From assembly GCA_963737605.1 (NCBI GenBank), contig CAVTTE010000001.1, positions 2,631 to 66,630 on the forward strand: a stretch of 64,000 nt of DNA, given 5' to 3'. Of this stretch, positions 1 through 12,475 are shown piece by piece (positions within the stretch are counted from its first letter, which is position 1; each line of letters begins with the position of its first letter). Source of the stretch: an uncultured Actinomycetes bacterium. GTDB lineage: Bacteria > Actinomycetota > Acidimicrobiia > IMCC26256 > JACDBD01. A program made the translations under genes and the position numbers. Under the pieces are notes generated by a model. The model made no database searches. It was not told the DNA's origin and was given only the letters and a program-made list of their open reading frames with translations.

Positions 1-630
1 GCCAGCTGGCCTGCGCTCCCGTCGAATCCCCTGAGGGGCGTGCCTACCTCCGTGCGATGGCCGCGGCGGCGAACTACGGGCGTGCCAACCGGCAGCTGCT
101 CTCGGTCGCCGCTCGCGCCGCGTTCGACGAAGCCGGCCTCACGGCCAGCTTGCATCTGCTGTACGACGTCTCGCACAACCTGGCCAAGCTCGAATGGCAC
201 GACGTCAACGAGCATCGACGACTCCTGTGCGTGCACCGCAAGGGCGCGACGCGCGCCCTGCCGCCCGGCCATCCCGACCTCCCGCCGGACCTGGCGGCCG
301 TCGGGCAACCGGTCCTGATCCCGGGATCGATGGGGACCGCGTCCCACGTGCTCGCCGGGGTGCCGGGAGGCGGCGCCTTCCACTCGACCGCTCATGGCGC
401 CGGGCGCGCGATGAGCCGCCACGCGGCGCGCAAGCGGATCCGGGGCGAGGCCCTGCGACGCGAGCTGGAGGCGGAGGGGATCGCGGTGCGGTCGCGCTCG
501 GCGCGTGGGCTCGCCGAAGAGGCGCCCTTCTCCTACAAGGATGTCGACGAGGTCGTGCTCACGTGCGAGCGGGCCGGGACTCGCCCGGCGAGTCGCGCGG
601 TTGCGCCCGATCGGTGTCGTGAAAGGTTGA
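1..630 (+). CDS. rtcB: RNA ligase RtcB, C-terminal ~200 codons (5' end lies left of the window); one frame change near 577
   Basis: Frame is open from base 3 ([31 protein letters not shown]) and continues through ORF 57..650 with RtcB-type motifs ([17 protein letters not shown]). The ORF tail after ERAG is non-homologous. Skipping one base at ~577 gives [17 protein letters not shown]-stop (TGA 628..630), a typical RtcB C-terminus. Confidence 0.85.
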
Positions 631-646
631 GCGTGAGCCACTCAGA

Positions 647-1080
647 ATGATCGGCACCCGGACGCGCTGGTCACCGAGCGGTCTCGCACACCGCGGACGT
701 CATGATCGAGGCGTGGGGTGGAACGGCGCTGGAATGTCTCGAGGAAGCCGCCCGCGCTCTGGTGGAGACCTTCGCAGACGTGAGCAACGTCGCCGCCACC
801 GACACAGTCCCGGTGATGTTCGACCTCGCGGCCGGACGACGAAGAGGCACTCGTCGCCGTACTGGAGGAGATCGTGTACCTGATCGACGCCCGCGAGGCC
901 GTTCCGGTCGACCTCGCGCTGGAAGCGACCGAGGACGGCGGGGTGGCCGGGTACTTCGAGACGGCCGCCGCGTCAACGGTCCCGCTCGGCGGCGCGGCCC
1001 CGAAGGGTGTCTCGCGCTCGGAACTGGAGCTCGGGCACGACCAGGGGCGCTGGCGCTGCCGGGCAGTGATCGACGTCTGA
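647..1080 (+). CDS. Archease (RtcB cofactor family); start uncertain, at least 2 frame changes (~680, ~850)
   Basis: [32 protein letters not shown] (frame of ORF 702..1163) is the archease N-terminal signature. [16 protein letters not shown]...[24 protein letters not shown]-stop (ORF 874..1080) is the C-terminal signature. It lies directly after rtcB. The only ATG (647) is in a third frame. Confidence 0.65.
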
Positions 1081-1095
1081 GGATCGATCGCCAAT

Positions 1096-1109
1096 GGGCC
1101 TTTCGTCAC
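1096..1109. promoter_or_regulatory. Candidate DosR/DevR-type (NarL-family) operator, 5-4-5 palindrome GGGCC TTTC GTCAC
   Basis: It lies in the archease-nadA gap, 71 nt upstream of nadA. It matches the recurrent window motif in 4/5 + 4/5 half-site positions (GGGAC/GTCCC). Confidence 0.25.
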
Positions 1110-1179
1110 GGATTACGCGGGGCGTTCGCCACTGGATGCCCACCTTCCCGAGCGTCACGGTGATGCTCGGAGGTGCACG

Positions 1180-2225
1180 ATGAGCTTCGAGCACGTCGTC
1201 GGCCCGGCGCCCCGGCCCCGGCCGTCGGTCCAGGACACGGAGGCCAGCCGGGCCGTTGCCGCCGACGGCGAGATCCAGTCGATGAGCGAAGCGGAGCTGA
1301 TCGACGGGATCCACCGGCTCCGGCGCGACCGGGAGGCGGTCGTGCTCGCGCACAACTACCAAATCCCGCCGATCCAGGACTTGGCCGACTTCGTGGGCGA
1401 CTCCCTCGAGCTGTCGCAGGAGGCGGCACGTAGCGATGCACCGCTGATCGTGTTCTGCGGGGTGCACTTCATGGCCGAGACCGCCGCGGTCCTGTGTCCA
1501 GGCCAGCGCGTGGTGATCCCCGATCGCCGAGGCAGGTTGCTCGCTGGCGGCGACGGTCACCGCGGACGAGCTCCGGGCGTGGAAGGCCGAGCATCGCCGA
1601 CGCGTTGGTGGTCGCCTACGTGAACACGGACGCCGACGTCAAAGCCGAAGCCGACTACTGCTGCACCTCGGCGAACGCGGTGCAGATCGTCCGGTCGATC
1701 CCCGAGGACCGCGAGATCCTGTTCCTTCCCGACATGTTCCTCGGCCTCTTCGTCGAACGGATGTCAGGCCGTGCACTGCAGCTGTGGTTGGGCGAGTGCC
1801 ACGTGCACGCCGGCATCCGCGCCGACGATGTGTCGGCGTGCCTCGACGCGCATCCAGGCGCCGATCTGCTCCTGCACCCCGAGTGCGGGTGCGTGAGCCA
1901 GTGCCTCTCGGCGCTCGGTGAAGGCGACCTCCCTGCCGAGCGAACCCACATCGTCGGGACCGGCGGCATGGTGCGGCACGCGCGGTCGTGCACCGCGCCG
2001 GTCGACCTCGTCGGCACCGAGGTCGGCCTCCTCCACCGGCTCCGGTCCGAGAACCCCGGCCGACATTTCGTCCCGGTCAAGGAGGACGCCCTCTGCGACT
2101 ACATGAAGACGATCACGCTCCCGAAGCTGTACCGCTCGTTGCGCGATCTCGTCAGCGAAGTGACGGTGCCCGAACCGACCGCGACACGGGCACGGGAGGC
2201 GATCGAGCGCATGGTGGCGGTGTAG
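1180..2225 (+). CDS. nadA: Quinolinate synthase NadA; two +1 frame changes (~1523, ~1597)
   Basis: ORF 1180..1623 ([41 protein letters not shown]) and ORF 1494..2225 ([41 protein letters not shown]) are the N and C parts. The connecting [23 protein letters not shown] lies in the third frame. 1046 nt = 348 codons + 2 extra bases. Confidence 0.85.
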
Positions 2226-2228
2226 ACG

Positions 2229-3545
2229 ATGCCCTTCCGTGACCGACGAGAAGCGGGGCGGCGCCTTGCCGAGGCGCTCGTTGCACCTCCGCGACGAAGT
2301 CCCGATCGTGCTCGGGCTCCCTCGGGGCGGGGTTCCGGTCGCATTCGAGGTCGCGCAGGCCCTCGACGCACCGCTCGACGTCCTGATCGTGCGGAAGCTC
2401 GGCGTTCCTCACCAACCCGAGCTCGGCATGGGCGCGGTCGGCGAGGACGGCGTGCGCGTCCTGAACCCCGAGGTGATCCGCGGGTCGGGCGTCACCGACG
2501 AGGACATCGCGCAGGTCGAGGCACGCGAACGCATCGCGGTCGAGCAGCGGGCGCGCCTGTTCCGCGGCGCGCGGCCCGACGTCTCGTTGGCCGGCCGTAC
2601 CGCCATCATCGTCGACGACGGGCTCGCGACCGGAGGCACGGCACGTGCTGCGATCCAGGTCGCGCGCGTCCACGGAGCCGACCGGGTCGTGCTGGCGGTG
2701 CCCGTCGCGCCTCCTGACACGATCGATGCGCTGCAGAAGCGACGCCGACGAAGTCGTGTGCCTGGAGAGCCCCGAACCGTTCTGGGCCATCGGGGCGTGG
2801 TACGGCGACTTCTCGCCGACCGTGGACCGCGAGGTGATCGATCTGCTCAATGAGGCCCGGAAGGCTCGCGCCGCGGCGGCCGGAGGGAGCGACCCACGCA
2901 TGCACGCCGGCTACGACGGTGACGTCGAGGTGCACGCGGGCGAGCACGTTCTGCCCGGCAGCCTGACCATTCCACCCGGAGCGAGCGGAGTCGTGGTGTT
3001 CGCGCACGGCAGCGGGAGCAGCCGCCACAGCCCGCGCAACCGCTACGTCGCCGATGCGCTGCATCGAGGCGGACTGGGCACGTTGCTCTTCGATCTCCTG
3101 TCGCCCGAGGAGGAGGTCGACCGGGAGAACGTCTTCGACATTCCCCTGTTGGCGGGGCGGCTGGCCGCTGCGACCGACTGGCTCGCGCGCGCAGGCGGCG
3201 GCTCGTGAGCTCGCCGTGGGCTACTTCGGTGCGAGCACCGGGGCCGGCGCCGCGCTGTGGGCTGCGGCAGAGCCGGAGTCGCCGGTGCAGGCGGTCGTGT
3301 CGCGTGGAGGGCGTCCCGACCTCGCCCGGCGGCGTCTCCGAGACGTGCGCGCCCCGACGCTGCTGATCGTCGGGGGCCGGGACGATCTGGTGATCGACCT
3401 GAATCGCGAGGCGGCCGACCACCTGCGCTGCGAGCACCGGCTCGAGATCGTGCCCGGCGCGACGCACCTGTTCGAGGAGCCCGGAACGCTCGAGGTCGTC
3501 GCGGAGCTGGCGTGTCGCTGGTTCGTCGATCACCTCGCAACGTGA
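2229..3545 (+). CDS. Phosphoribosyltransferase fused to a dienelactone-hydrolase-type alpha/beta hydrolase (Rv0571c-like architecture); three +1 frame changes
   Basis: Order of motifs: MPFRDRREAGRRLAEAL (ATG 2229), LRDEVPIVLGLPRGGVPVAFEVA, TAIIVDDGLATGGTARAA (PRPP loop), ADEVVCLESPEPFWAIGAWYGDF, VVVFAHGSGSSRHSPRN, LAVGYFGASTGAGAAL (nucleophile elbow), LIVGGRDD, GATHLFEEPG. Pieces lie in ORFs 2229..2717, 2239..2853, 2645..3208 and 3054..3545. Junctions are at ~2283, ~2740 and ~3190. Confidence 0.8.
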
Positions 3546-3563
3546 CCACACGCCGGACGACGG

Positions 3564-3577
3564 GGCTCCTTCGACCC
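3564..3577. promoter_or_regulatory. Candidate operator of the same family, GGCTC CTTC GACCC
   Basis: It lies in the 84-nt gap upstream of the BON/DUF2267-acs-E1-E2-ACP operon. It shares TTCGACCCTGGGC with the site at 48935. Confidence 0.25.
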
Positions 3578-3628
3578 TGGGCCCGCCGCCGGCTCACGCA
3601 CCGTGAGAGAAGGAGAGAAGGAGGAGCC

Positions 3629-4470
3629 GTGAAGAGGATCCTGCGTCTCATGATCGTCGCCGCCGTGGTGCTCGGCGTGCTCTGGCTTCTGCGTGAAGGC
3701 CGAGCCGCCAAGGCGCACGCGGCGGCCGGGCGCCGGGCCCGATATCTCGGGGGACGGTGGAAGGGGATCCGGTACCGCCTCGCGGGCCGCCGACCCGACC
3801 CATGGGCCAGACGACGACGTCCTGGCCGATCGCGTCCGGTCCGAGCTCGGTCCACTCGAGAAGCGGCTCGACGTGCCTCGCGTCCACGTGCAAGTCCACG
3901 ACCATCACGCGTCACTGCACGGCGACGTGCCGACATGGAAGGTGGCCGACCGTCTCGTCACGGCCGTGCTCCACGTCTCGGGGATCCACGGGGTCGAGTC
4001 GTATCTCCACGTCGGGCTGACGCCAGGCGACACCCGCCCGTCGGAGGGGCGCCTCCACGCCGCCAAGTCAAACGCGCTGCAGACCCTCGTGGGCGCCGCG
4101 ATCCGCGGCGGCGCGCCCGAGGACCGAGCCGTCGCATCGGTGCGCGCGGTGCTCAGTGCGTTCGTGGACCGGGTGCCGACCCCGGAACGTGATCACGTTC
4201 TGGCCCATCTTCCCGCCGACGTCCGCCCGCTGGCGACGCCGCCTCAGCCGGGCCGGCAAGCCTCCACCGCGTGCGAACTGTTCCCGAGCTCGTCGCCGGC
4301 GTGACGGCGCAGGCGGAGCCGGGCGGAAACGGCCTGGCTCGCGGGCACGAAGCCTTGATCACCGAGTCGGTGCTCGCAACGTTGCGTGGTCTCGTGCCCG
4401 AGGAGGCGGACGACATCGCCGCGGTGCTTCCCTCCGAGCTTCGTGCGTTTTGGAACGCGGCCGTGCCGGC

Positions 4471-4474
<4 letters not shown>
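3629..4474 (+). CDS. Membrane-anchored BON-domain / DUF2267-repeat protein; two frame changes (~3800, ~4262)
   Basis: GTG 3629 is preceded by [39 protein letters not shown] is a TM helix. [41 protein letters not shown] is BON-like. [29 protein letters not shown] and [35 protein letters not shown] are DUF2267-like repeats. Pieces lie in ORFs 3257..4192, 3693..4304 and 4271..4474. Confidence 0.55.
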
Positions 4475-6301
<1,827 letters not shown>

Positions 6302-6302
<1 letters not shown>

Positions 6303-7300
6303 TGGAGGCGGCGACACCCGAACCACTCGGCGAGATCGACCCGGATCACGCCCGCCACCTCTACCGGGAGATGCTGCGCATCCGGCGGTTCGAGGAACGA
6401 TGCGTCGAGTTGTACAGCGCGACGCAGATCCGCGGCTTCCTCCATCTCTACATCGGGGAGGAGGCCGTGGCCGCGGGCGTCATGCAGACGCTCGACCCCG
6501 ACGACGCGGTCGTTGCCACCTACCGGGAGCACGGGCACACGCTGGCCCGTGGCGTTCCGGCGGGATCGATCATGGCCGAGATGTACGGGAAGGTCGAGGG
6601 CTGCAGCGGCGGCCGGGGCGGCTCAATGCACCTCTTCGACCTCGATTCGCGCTTCTACGGCGGGAACGCGATCGTGGGGGGCGGCCTGCCGATCGCGGTG
6701 GGCCTCGCGCTCGCCGACAAGATGCAGGGCCATCGGCGCGTGACTGCGTGCTTCTTCGGCGAGGGCGCCGTCGCCGAGGGCGAGTTCCACGAATGCCTCA
6801 ACCTCGCCGCACTGTGGGACCTGCCTGTGTTCTTCTGCTGCGAGAACAACCTGTACGCCATGGGCACGGCTCTCGAGCGTTCGGAATCGGAGATCGACCT
6901 CGCGCTCAAGGCCGCGAGCTACGAGATGCCGGCCTGGTCGGTCGACGGCATGGACGTCGTCGCGGTCGAGGACGCTGCGCGCCGCGTCGTCGAAGGCGTC
7001 CGCGCCGGTGGTGGTCCTCATTTCCTCGAGTGCCGGACGTACCGGTTCCGGGCGCACTCGATGTACGACCCCGAGCTCTACCGCGACAAGGCCGAGGTCG
7101 AAGGAGTGGAAGGTGCGTGATCCCCTCGTCACGTTCGCAGCCCGTCTGGCCGAGGCCGGGATCCTCGACGACGGCGGGATCGCGGCCCTCGAGGGAGAAG
7201 TGCGGCCGAGATCGACGCTGCGGTCGAGTTCGCCGAGGCCGGGACCCTCGAACCGGTGGAGGACGTCACCAAGTTCGTGTACCACGAGGCGCGGGCATGA
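6302..7300 (+). CDS. 2-oxoacid (pyruvate/acetoin/branched-chain type) dehydrogenase E1 alpha subunit; compensating frame changes at ~7093 and ~7205
   Basis: ATG 6302 overlaps the acs stop. Motifs: [43 protein letters not shown] (ThDP site), ENNLYAMGT. The tail [23 protein letters not shown] lies in ORF 7008..7400. The frame then returns for [32 protein letters not shown]-stop (7298..7300). Confidence 0.85.
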
Positions 7301-8301
7301 CCGCAACCGGGACCATCGTGACGACGACGTACCGAGAAGCCATGCGGGAGGCCATCCGCGATGCCCTGCAGCGCGACGAGCGCGTGTTCGTCATGGGTGA
7401 AGACGTCGGGAGGTACGGCGGCTGCTTCGCGGTGACGAAGGGGCTCCTCGCCGAGTTCGGCCCCGAGCGCATCCGCGACACGCCGCTGTCGGAATCCGCG
7501 TTCGTCGGCGCCGGGATCGGCGCCGCTCTCGGCGGCATGCGGCCCATCGTCGAGATCATGACCGTGAACTTCAGCCTGCTCGCGCTCGATCAGATCGTGA
7601 ACAACGCCGCCACCCTGGACCACATGTCGGGTGGCCAGCTGCATGTGCCCCTCGTCATCCGCATGACGACCGGCGCCGGGCGTCAGCTGGCCGCGCAGCA
7701 CTCCCACAGCCTCGAGGGCTGGTACGCGCACATTCCCGGGATCAAGGTGATCGCCCCGGCCACGCTCGAGGACGCCCGCGGCATGCTCTGGACGGCACTC
7801 GAGGATCCCGACCCGGTGCTCGTGTTCGAGCACGGCAGCCTGTACAACACGAAAGGTGAGCTCCCGGCCGATGCCGGCCCGGTCGACATCGACCACGCCG
7901 CCGTGCGACGGCACGGGCGTGACGTCTCGATCATCACGTACGGCGGGACCCTGTCGAAGTGTCTCGCCGCCGCCGACGAGCTGGCGGCGGGAGGCATCGA
8001 CGCCGAGGTTCTCGACCTCCGCACCCTCCGCCCGCTCGACACCGACGCCATCCTCGCCTCGGTCACGACAAGCCGCGCCGCGTGGTGATCGTCGACGAAG
8101 GCTGGCGCAGTGGCAGCATCTCGGCCGAGGTCGAGCGCGCGGGTCATGGAGGGCGCCTTCTACGACCTCGACGCGCCCGTCGCCCGCGTGTGCAGCGCCG
8201 AGGTCCCCATGCCGTACGCGAAGCACCTCGAGGACGCCGCGCTCCCCCAGGTGGGCGGCATCGTGCGAGCGGCGAGAGAGGTGGCGGCGCTCGATGCCTG
8301 A
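7297..8301 (+). CDS. 2-oxoacid dehydrogenase E1 beta subunit; compensating frame changes at ~8068 and ~8137
   Basis: ATG 7297 forms an ATGA overlap with the E1alpha stop. Motifs: [67 protein letters not shown]. The tail [16 protein letters not shown] / [30 protein letters not shown] lies in ORFs 7959..8363 and 8110..8301. Confidence 0.85.
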
Positions 8302-9570
8302 GTTCCGGATGCCCTCGCTCGGCGCCGACATGGACGCCGGCACGATCATCGAATGGCTGGTGAAGCCGGGCGACGAGGTGCACCGCGGCGACATCGTGGC
8401 GGTGGTCGACACCGACAAGGCCGACGTCGACGTCGAGATCTTCGCCGACGGCGTCGTCGACGAGATCCTCGTGCCGCCCGGCGAGAAGGTCGACGTGGGC
8501 ACGCCACTGGCGAGCATCCTGGCGCCGGGCGAGACCGTGCGCGAAGCGAGCACCGGCGGGCCAAGAAGGCCCCAGCCGCCGCGAAGAAGGCGGCCAAGGC
8601 GGCGAGGGCAAAGGCGCCGAGCAAGCAGGCTCCCAAGCGCGCGCCGCGCCGCCGCCCGGCGGCGAAGACGACGCCCGAGACAAGGCCCCCGGCCGCCGAG
8701 CCCGCCCACTCGCCCGTGGTCCGTCGCCTGGCGCGGCACCTCGGCGTCGACCTCGCCGGCCTCGCGGGCACGGGGCCCGGTGGCGCGGTGACCAGAGCCG
8801 ACGTCGAGCGCGCGGCGACGGGAACCGTGGCGGCGCCGCAGGTCTCGTGGGCCGCCCCCGCCACGGCGGAGGCGACGGCCGACGTCGTCGAAGCGCCCGA
8901 CCGGTCGGACGCGATGCGCCGATCGATCGCGGCGCTGATGGCGCGCTCGAAGCGCGAGATCCCCCACTACTACCTCGGCACTCACGTGGACGCGACATCC
9001 GCGCTCGACTGGCTGGAGCACACCAACCTCGAGCGCCCGGTCCCCGAGCGGCTCCTGCCGGCGGCGCTGTTCTTGAAGGCGGTCGCGCTGGCGGCGCGCG
9101 AGGTTCCGCAACTCAATGGATTCTGGGTCGATGACACCTTCCGTCCCGGCGACGGCGTGCACCTCGGCGTCGCGATCTCCCTTCGCCAGGCCGGCGGTCT
9201 CATCGCGCCCGCGATCCACGATGCCGACCGCAAGGACCTCACGACCCTGATGAGCGAGCTGCGCGATCTCGTGACCCGCACCCGCGCCGGCCGGCTTCGC
9301 AGCTCCGAGATGTCGGACCCGACGTTGACGGTCACGAACCTGGGTGACCAGGGTGTGGAAACGGTGTACGGCGTGATCTATCCACCGCAGGTCGCGCTGG
9401 TCGGCGTGGGCAAGATCGTCGAGCGCCCATGGGCCGCCGGCAACATGGTCGGCGTGCGGCGCGTCGCGACGCTCACGCTCGCCGGCGACCACCGCGCGAG
9501 CGACGGTCATACGGGCGCGCAGCTGCTCGCCGCCGTCGATCGATTCCTTCAGGAGCCGGAGAAGCTGTGA
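8294..9570 (+). CDS. Dihydrolipoamide acyltransferase E2 (lipoyl domain - PSBD - catalytic domain); one frame change (~8555)
   Basis: ATG 8294 overlaps the E1beta end by 8 nt. The lipoyl site is [17 protein letters not shown], followed by an Ala/Lys/Pro linker. The PSBD is [33 protein letters not shown]. The catalytic motif is [17 protein letters not shown]. Pieces lie in ORFs 7856..8791 and 8353..9570. Confidence 0.85.
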
Positions 9571-9818
9571 ACGACACGGAAGTCCGATCCCAGGTCCTGC
9601 AGGCACTGGCGCAGGTTGCGCCCGAAGCCGACCTCGAGGGGCTCGATCCGAGCGGGGACTTCCGCGAGGAGCTCGACCTCGACTCCATGGACATCCTCAA
9701 CCTCGTCATCGGCCTCCACGAGGCGACGGGCGTCGACATCCCCGAGCGCGACTACCCACAACTCGTGACGCTGGACGCGTGCGTCTCCTACCTGTCGGAG
9801 CGACTCACGCCCGCCTGA
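9567..9818 (+). CDS. Free-standing acyl carrier protein (phosphopantetheine-binding), translationally coupled to E2
   Basis: GTG 9567 overlaps the E2 stop (GTGA). The product is 83 aa (distal part of ORF 9429..9818). ELDLDSMDILNLVIGLHE is a carrier-protein helix II with the DS(M) serine. Confidence 0.7.
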   Translation: MNDTEVRSQVLQALAQVAPEADLEGLDPSGDFREELDLDSMDILNLVIGLHEATGVDIPERDYPQLVTLDACVSYLSERLTPA

Positions 9819-9833
9819 CGGCTTCGGACTCGG

Positions 9834-10277
9834 TCACGAGGCGGTGTCGAGAGCCTCGGTCAGCCTTCCGAACAGGTCGCGCATCGACACCACGCCGACA
9901 ACACGGCCGTCATGGTCGATGACGACGAGGTGACGCACGTCCTTCTCGACCATCCTCCGCGCGGCATCGAGGACGCGATCCCCTGCGTCGACCGTGACGA
10001 TCTCCTCTGTCATCACGTCCGCGGCCCAGACCGCGTCCGGGTCGGCATCACCGGACAGCGCTGCGAGCACATCGCGCTCCGAGACGATCCCGACCCGGTC
10101 GTCGCCGCGCCGCACGAGGGCGCATCCCAGCGCCAGCTCGGACAAGATGCCTGCCAGCGAGCGCAGAGTCATCTTCTCGTCGACGGAGACGGGGGCGTCG
10201 GCGACGAGCGGTCCGAGCGTGCGCAGCGCCTCTGTCACCACTTGGCGGCCCGCGGCGTCAAGCCGATCGGGATTCAC
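9834..10277 (-). CDS. CBS-pair domain protein
   Basis: ORF 9834..10277 (-), 147 aa, intact. It has two CBS repeats (GIVSERDVLAAL, VVGVVSMRDLF). Confidence 0.75.
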   Translation of the reverse strand: MNPDRLDAAGRQVVTEALRTLGPLVADAPVSVDEKMTLRSLAGILSELALGCALVRRGDDRVGIVSERDVLAALSGDADPDAVWAADVMTEEIVTVDAGDRVLDAARRMVEKDVRHLVVIDHDGRVVGVVSMRDLFGRLTEALDTAS

Positions 10278-10668
10278 GTCGCCTCCTCGTGACCAGGGCG
10301 GCGAGGACGTCGCGGGCCGAGACCACCCCCACCACCACGTCGTCCTCGACGATCGGGAGGTGGCGGATCTCGTTGTCCAGCATCCTGAGCCCTACGTCGA
10401 AGACCGTCTCGTCGGGTGTCGCGGAAGCCAGGTCCTCGGTCATGACGTCCGCCGCCCTGCACTCGTCAGGGTCGACGCCAGCGGCGAGCGCGGCGACGAG
10501 GTCGCGCTCCGAGACCAGGCACGGCGGGTGCGTCCCTTTCACCATCGCTGCGCCCACGGACTCCTCGGTGAGGGTCTCGGCGACGGCGCGCAGAGAATCC
10601 TCCGTGTGAACCTGCACCGCTGGGCGGTGCACGACGATCCGGATCGCGTCGTCGGGTTGCACTTCCAT
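10258..10668 (-). CDS. CBS-pair domain protein (paralogue of the downstream gene, 20-nt overlap)
   Basis: ORF 10258..10668 (-), 136 aa, intact. It has two CBS repeats (LVSERDLVAALA, VVGVVSARDVLAAL). Confidence 0.75.
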   Translation of the reverse strand: MEVQPDDAIRIVVHRPAVQVHTEDSLRAVAETLTEESVGAAMVKGTHPPCLVSERDLVAALAAGVDPDECRAADVMTEDLASATPDETVFDVGLRMLDNEIRHLPIVEDDVVVGVVSARDVLAALVTRRRRESRSA

Positions 10669-10700
10669 TGCTTGCGGTCCTCTCGCGTGGCCTCATCGAA

Positions 10701-10727
10701 GTGTCCGGCGACGGCGCCGCCGGACAC
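10701..10727 (-). terminator. GC-rich hairpin (10-bp perfect stem GTGTCCGGCG / CGCCGGACAC, 7-nt loop) downstream of hsp20
   Basis: It lies 22 nt past the hsp20 stop on the minus strand, in the 80-nt gap before the CBS gene. No U-tract follows, so it could be a terminator/attenuator or just a stabilising stem. Confidence 0.25.
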
Positions 10728-10748
10728 CCTCGATCGTTCCTTGGGGAC

Positions 10749-11174
10749 TTACGCGCGCTCGATCGGGATCTTCGTGGCTTCGGCCTCTGTCCGATCGATC
10801 GGCAGCCGAACCTCGAGGATCCCGTCCTTGTAGGTGGCCTTGACGTCCTCCCGGGCCGCGCCAGCCGGCAACGGAACAGTGCGGGAGAAGCTCCCGTAGT
10901 GGAACTCGCTCCGGTAGCCACCCTTCTCGGTCTTCTCGCTTTCTTCCCGGCGCTCGGCTCGGATCCGCAGGCTGTGGTCCACCACCTGGATGTCGACATG
11001 CTTGTCGGGGTCGAGCCCGGGCATCTCCGCTCGAATCACGAGCTCGTCGCCGTCGACGAACTCCTCGAGTCGGAGGAGCTCTTCGAACGGCCACGCCCCC
11101 GGCCAACCGAACCGATCGAGCAGCCGGCGCGGTCCGAACCGCTCCCGCCACGCGACCTCCTTCGTCTCCGCCAT
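10749..11174 (-). CDS. Hsp20 / alpha-crystallin family small heat-shock protein
   Basis: ORF 10749..11174 (-), 141 aa, intact. The alpha-crystallin domain reads ELVIRAEMPGLDPDKHVDIQVVDHSLRIRAERREE...GSFSRTVPLPAGAAREDVKATYKDGILEVRLP. Confidence 0.9.
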   Translation of the reverse strand: MAETKEVAWRERFGPRRLLDRFGWPGAWPFEELLRLEEFVDGDELVIRAEMPGLDPDKHVDIQVVDHSLRIRAERREESEKTEKGGYRSEFHYGSFSRTVPLPAGAAREDVKATYKDGILEVRLPIDRTEAEATKIPIERA

Positions 11175-11233
11175 CGTCGTTCCTTTCCTCGCTGCTGGTT
11201 CTTCCGCCTTGCCGCGTCCATCGTCGGAGATGG

Positions 11234-11247
11234 GGGCCTACATACCC
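11234..11247. promoter_or_regulatory. Candidate operator, GGGCC TACA TACCC
   Basis: It lies in the hsp20 / M50-CBS divergent gap, 60 nt upstream of hsp20. It has an AT-rich centre like the mycobacterial DosR box. Confidence 0.3.
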
Positions 11248-11270
11248 AGGGCCGACCGTCGGTCCCGCCG

Positions 11271-11284
11271 GGGACCTTCGGCTC
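11271..11284. promoter_or_regulatory. Candidate operator, GGGAC CTTC GGCTC
   Basis: This is an exact copy of the site at 23617 (a 16-mer, GGGGACCTTCGGCTCT, is shared). Its centre lies 30.5 nt upstream of a TAGCGT -10-like hexamer (11308..11313), which itself lies 7 nt before ATG 11320. Confidence 0.4.
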
Positions 11285-11307
11285 TACGTCCTCCATACGG
11301 CGATCCG

Positions 11308-11313
11308 TAGCGT
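11308..11313 (+). promoter_or_regulatory. Possible -10 hexamer TAGCGT (TANNNT class), implying a leaderless M50-CBS mRNA
   Basis: The last T lies 7 nt before ATG 11320, and no Shine-Dalgarno sequence lies between. The same hexamer recurs at 23656 at the same distance from the same box. Confidence 0.25.
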
Positions 11314-11319
11314 CGAGAC

Positions 11320-12448
11320 ATGACCGCCCAGCGAGGCGACGTGCGCCCCCGTCGGCGTCCCGTGACTCATCGCCTGTCGGTGTCGATCGGGCACGTGCTC
11401 GGCATCGACATCCGGGTGCATGCGACCTTCCTGCTCCTGGTGGCGCTGTTCGCGCTGGCGTACTCGGGATCCGGCGTGCCGGGCGTCGCTGCCGGATTGG
11501 CGTGGCTGGTCGTGATCTTCGCGTGCGTCGTGATCCACGAGCTCGCGCACAGCCTCGTGGCCCGACGGCGAGGCGGGGTCGTGCACGAGATCGTCTTGCT
11601 CCCGATCGGGGGCGTGTCGAAGCTCGAGCGCCTGCCCGAGTCGCCCGCCGACGAGCTGGCGGTCGCGATCGCCGGGCCACTCGCGAGCCTTGTCCTCGCG
11701 ATCGTCGCTGCCACGGCGGCGCTCGCTCTCGGCCAATCACTGCTGCCGGTCGACATGTTCGCCGGTCCGATCCTGCCGCGGATCGCGTGGTTCAACCTCC
11801 TCGTCGGGGGCTTCAACCTGCTGCCGGCGTTCCCGCTCGACGGCGGGCGGGTGTTCCGTGCCCTGCTCGAGCGCCACCGCGACCTGGAGACCGCCACACG
11901 GCTGTCGGCGCGCGTCGGGCGCGTGCTCGCGGTGCTCCTGATCGTCGTCGGCCTCCTGCTCAACTTCTGGCTCGCGCTCATCGGGCTGTTCGTCTACTTC
12001 GGCGCGTCGGCGGAAGAAGCCGCGACCATCGTGCACCTACGGCTCAAGGGGTTGCGGGTGGCCGACGCGATGCTCCTCGACCCGATCGTGGTCGACGAGG
12101 ACGACACGGCAGGCAGCCTCGATGACCTTCGGCGGCGCACTGCCCAGAAGGTGTTTCCGGTCACGGTTGCAGCCGGTAGCCCAGGCGTCGTCGGCGCCGA
12201 CGCCATTGCGGCCGCGCCGGCGGAGACGAAGATCCGAGATCTCATGGCCCGCCACCTCGTGGTGCCGCCGACCGCGTCGCTCGAGAAGGACGCGTCTGCC
12301 GCTGCTCCAGCAGTCGCCTCTTTCCGCCCTCGTTGTCGTGAGGCGCGGCTCCGTGGTGGGGCTCCTCCGGATGGAGGACGTCAACGCGGCGGTCGCCGCC
12401 CACGCGGCCGGACACGGAGGGATCGCACGTGCGCCCAACCGTGGTTGA
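11320..12448 (+). CDS. Site-2-protease family (M50) membrane metalloprotease with C-terminal CBS pair; one +1 frame change (~12293)
   Basis: ORF 11320..12483 carries HExxH (VIHELAHSL), multiple TM segments and NLLPAFPLDGGRV. The second CBS repeat (SALVVVRRGSVVGLLRMEDV) and the stop at 12448 lie in ORF 12122..12448. 1129 nt = 376 codons + 1. Confidence 0.8.
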
Positions 12449-12475
12449 CGACTCCGTCGTCTGCGCAACTGGCAC

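Noticed and set aside
333-345. GGGACCGCGTCCC inside rtcB and GGGACCCTCGAACC at 7241..7254 inside E1alpha, as further operator sites.
   Set aside because: Both are intragenic. The first has 3-nt instead of 4-nt spacing, and the second has a poor right half-site. They illustrate the background level of partial matches in GC-rich coding DNA.
7129-9606. 825-aa minus-strand ORF. Similar giant antisense ORFs occur at 15606..18146 (846 aa), 18779..21661 (960 aa), 54582..57458 (958 aa), 62167..63951 (594 aa) and 3043..3936.
   Set aside because: They run antisense to well-supported genes (E1beta/E2, ppsA, FtsX permease, ACAD/KS, KR). Their translations are Arg/Gly/Pro/Ala-rich low-complexity sequence with no recognisable motifs. 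This is the typical stop-codon-poor shadow frame of ~70% GC DNA.
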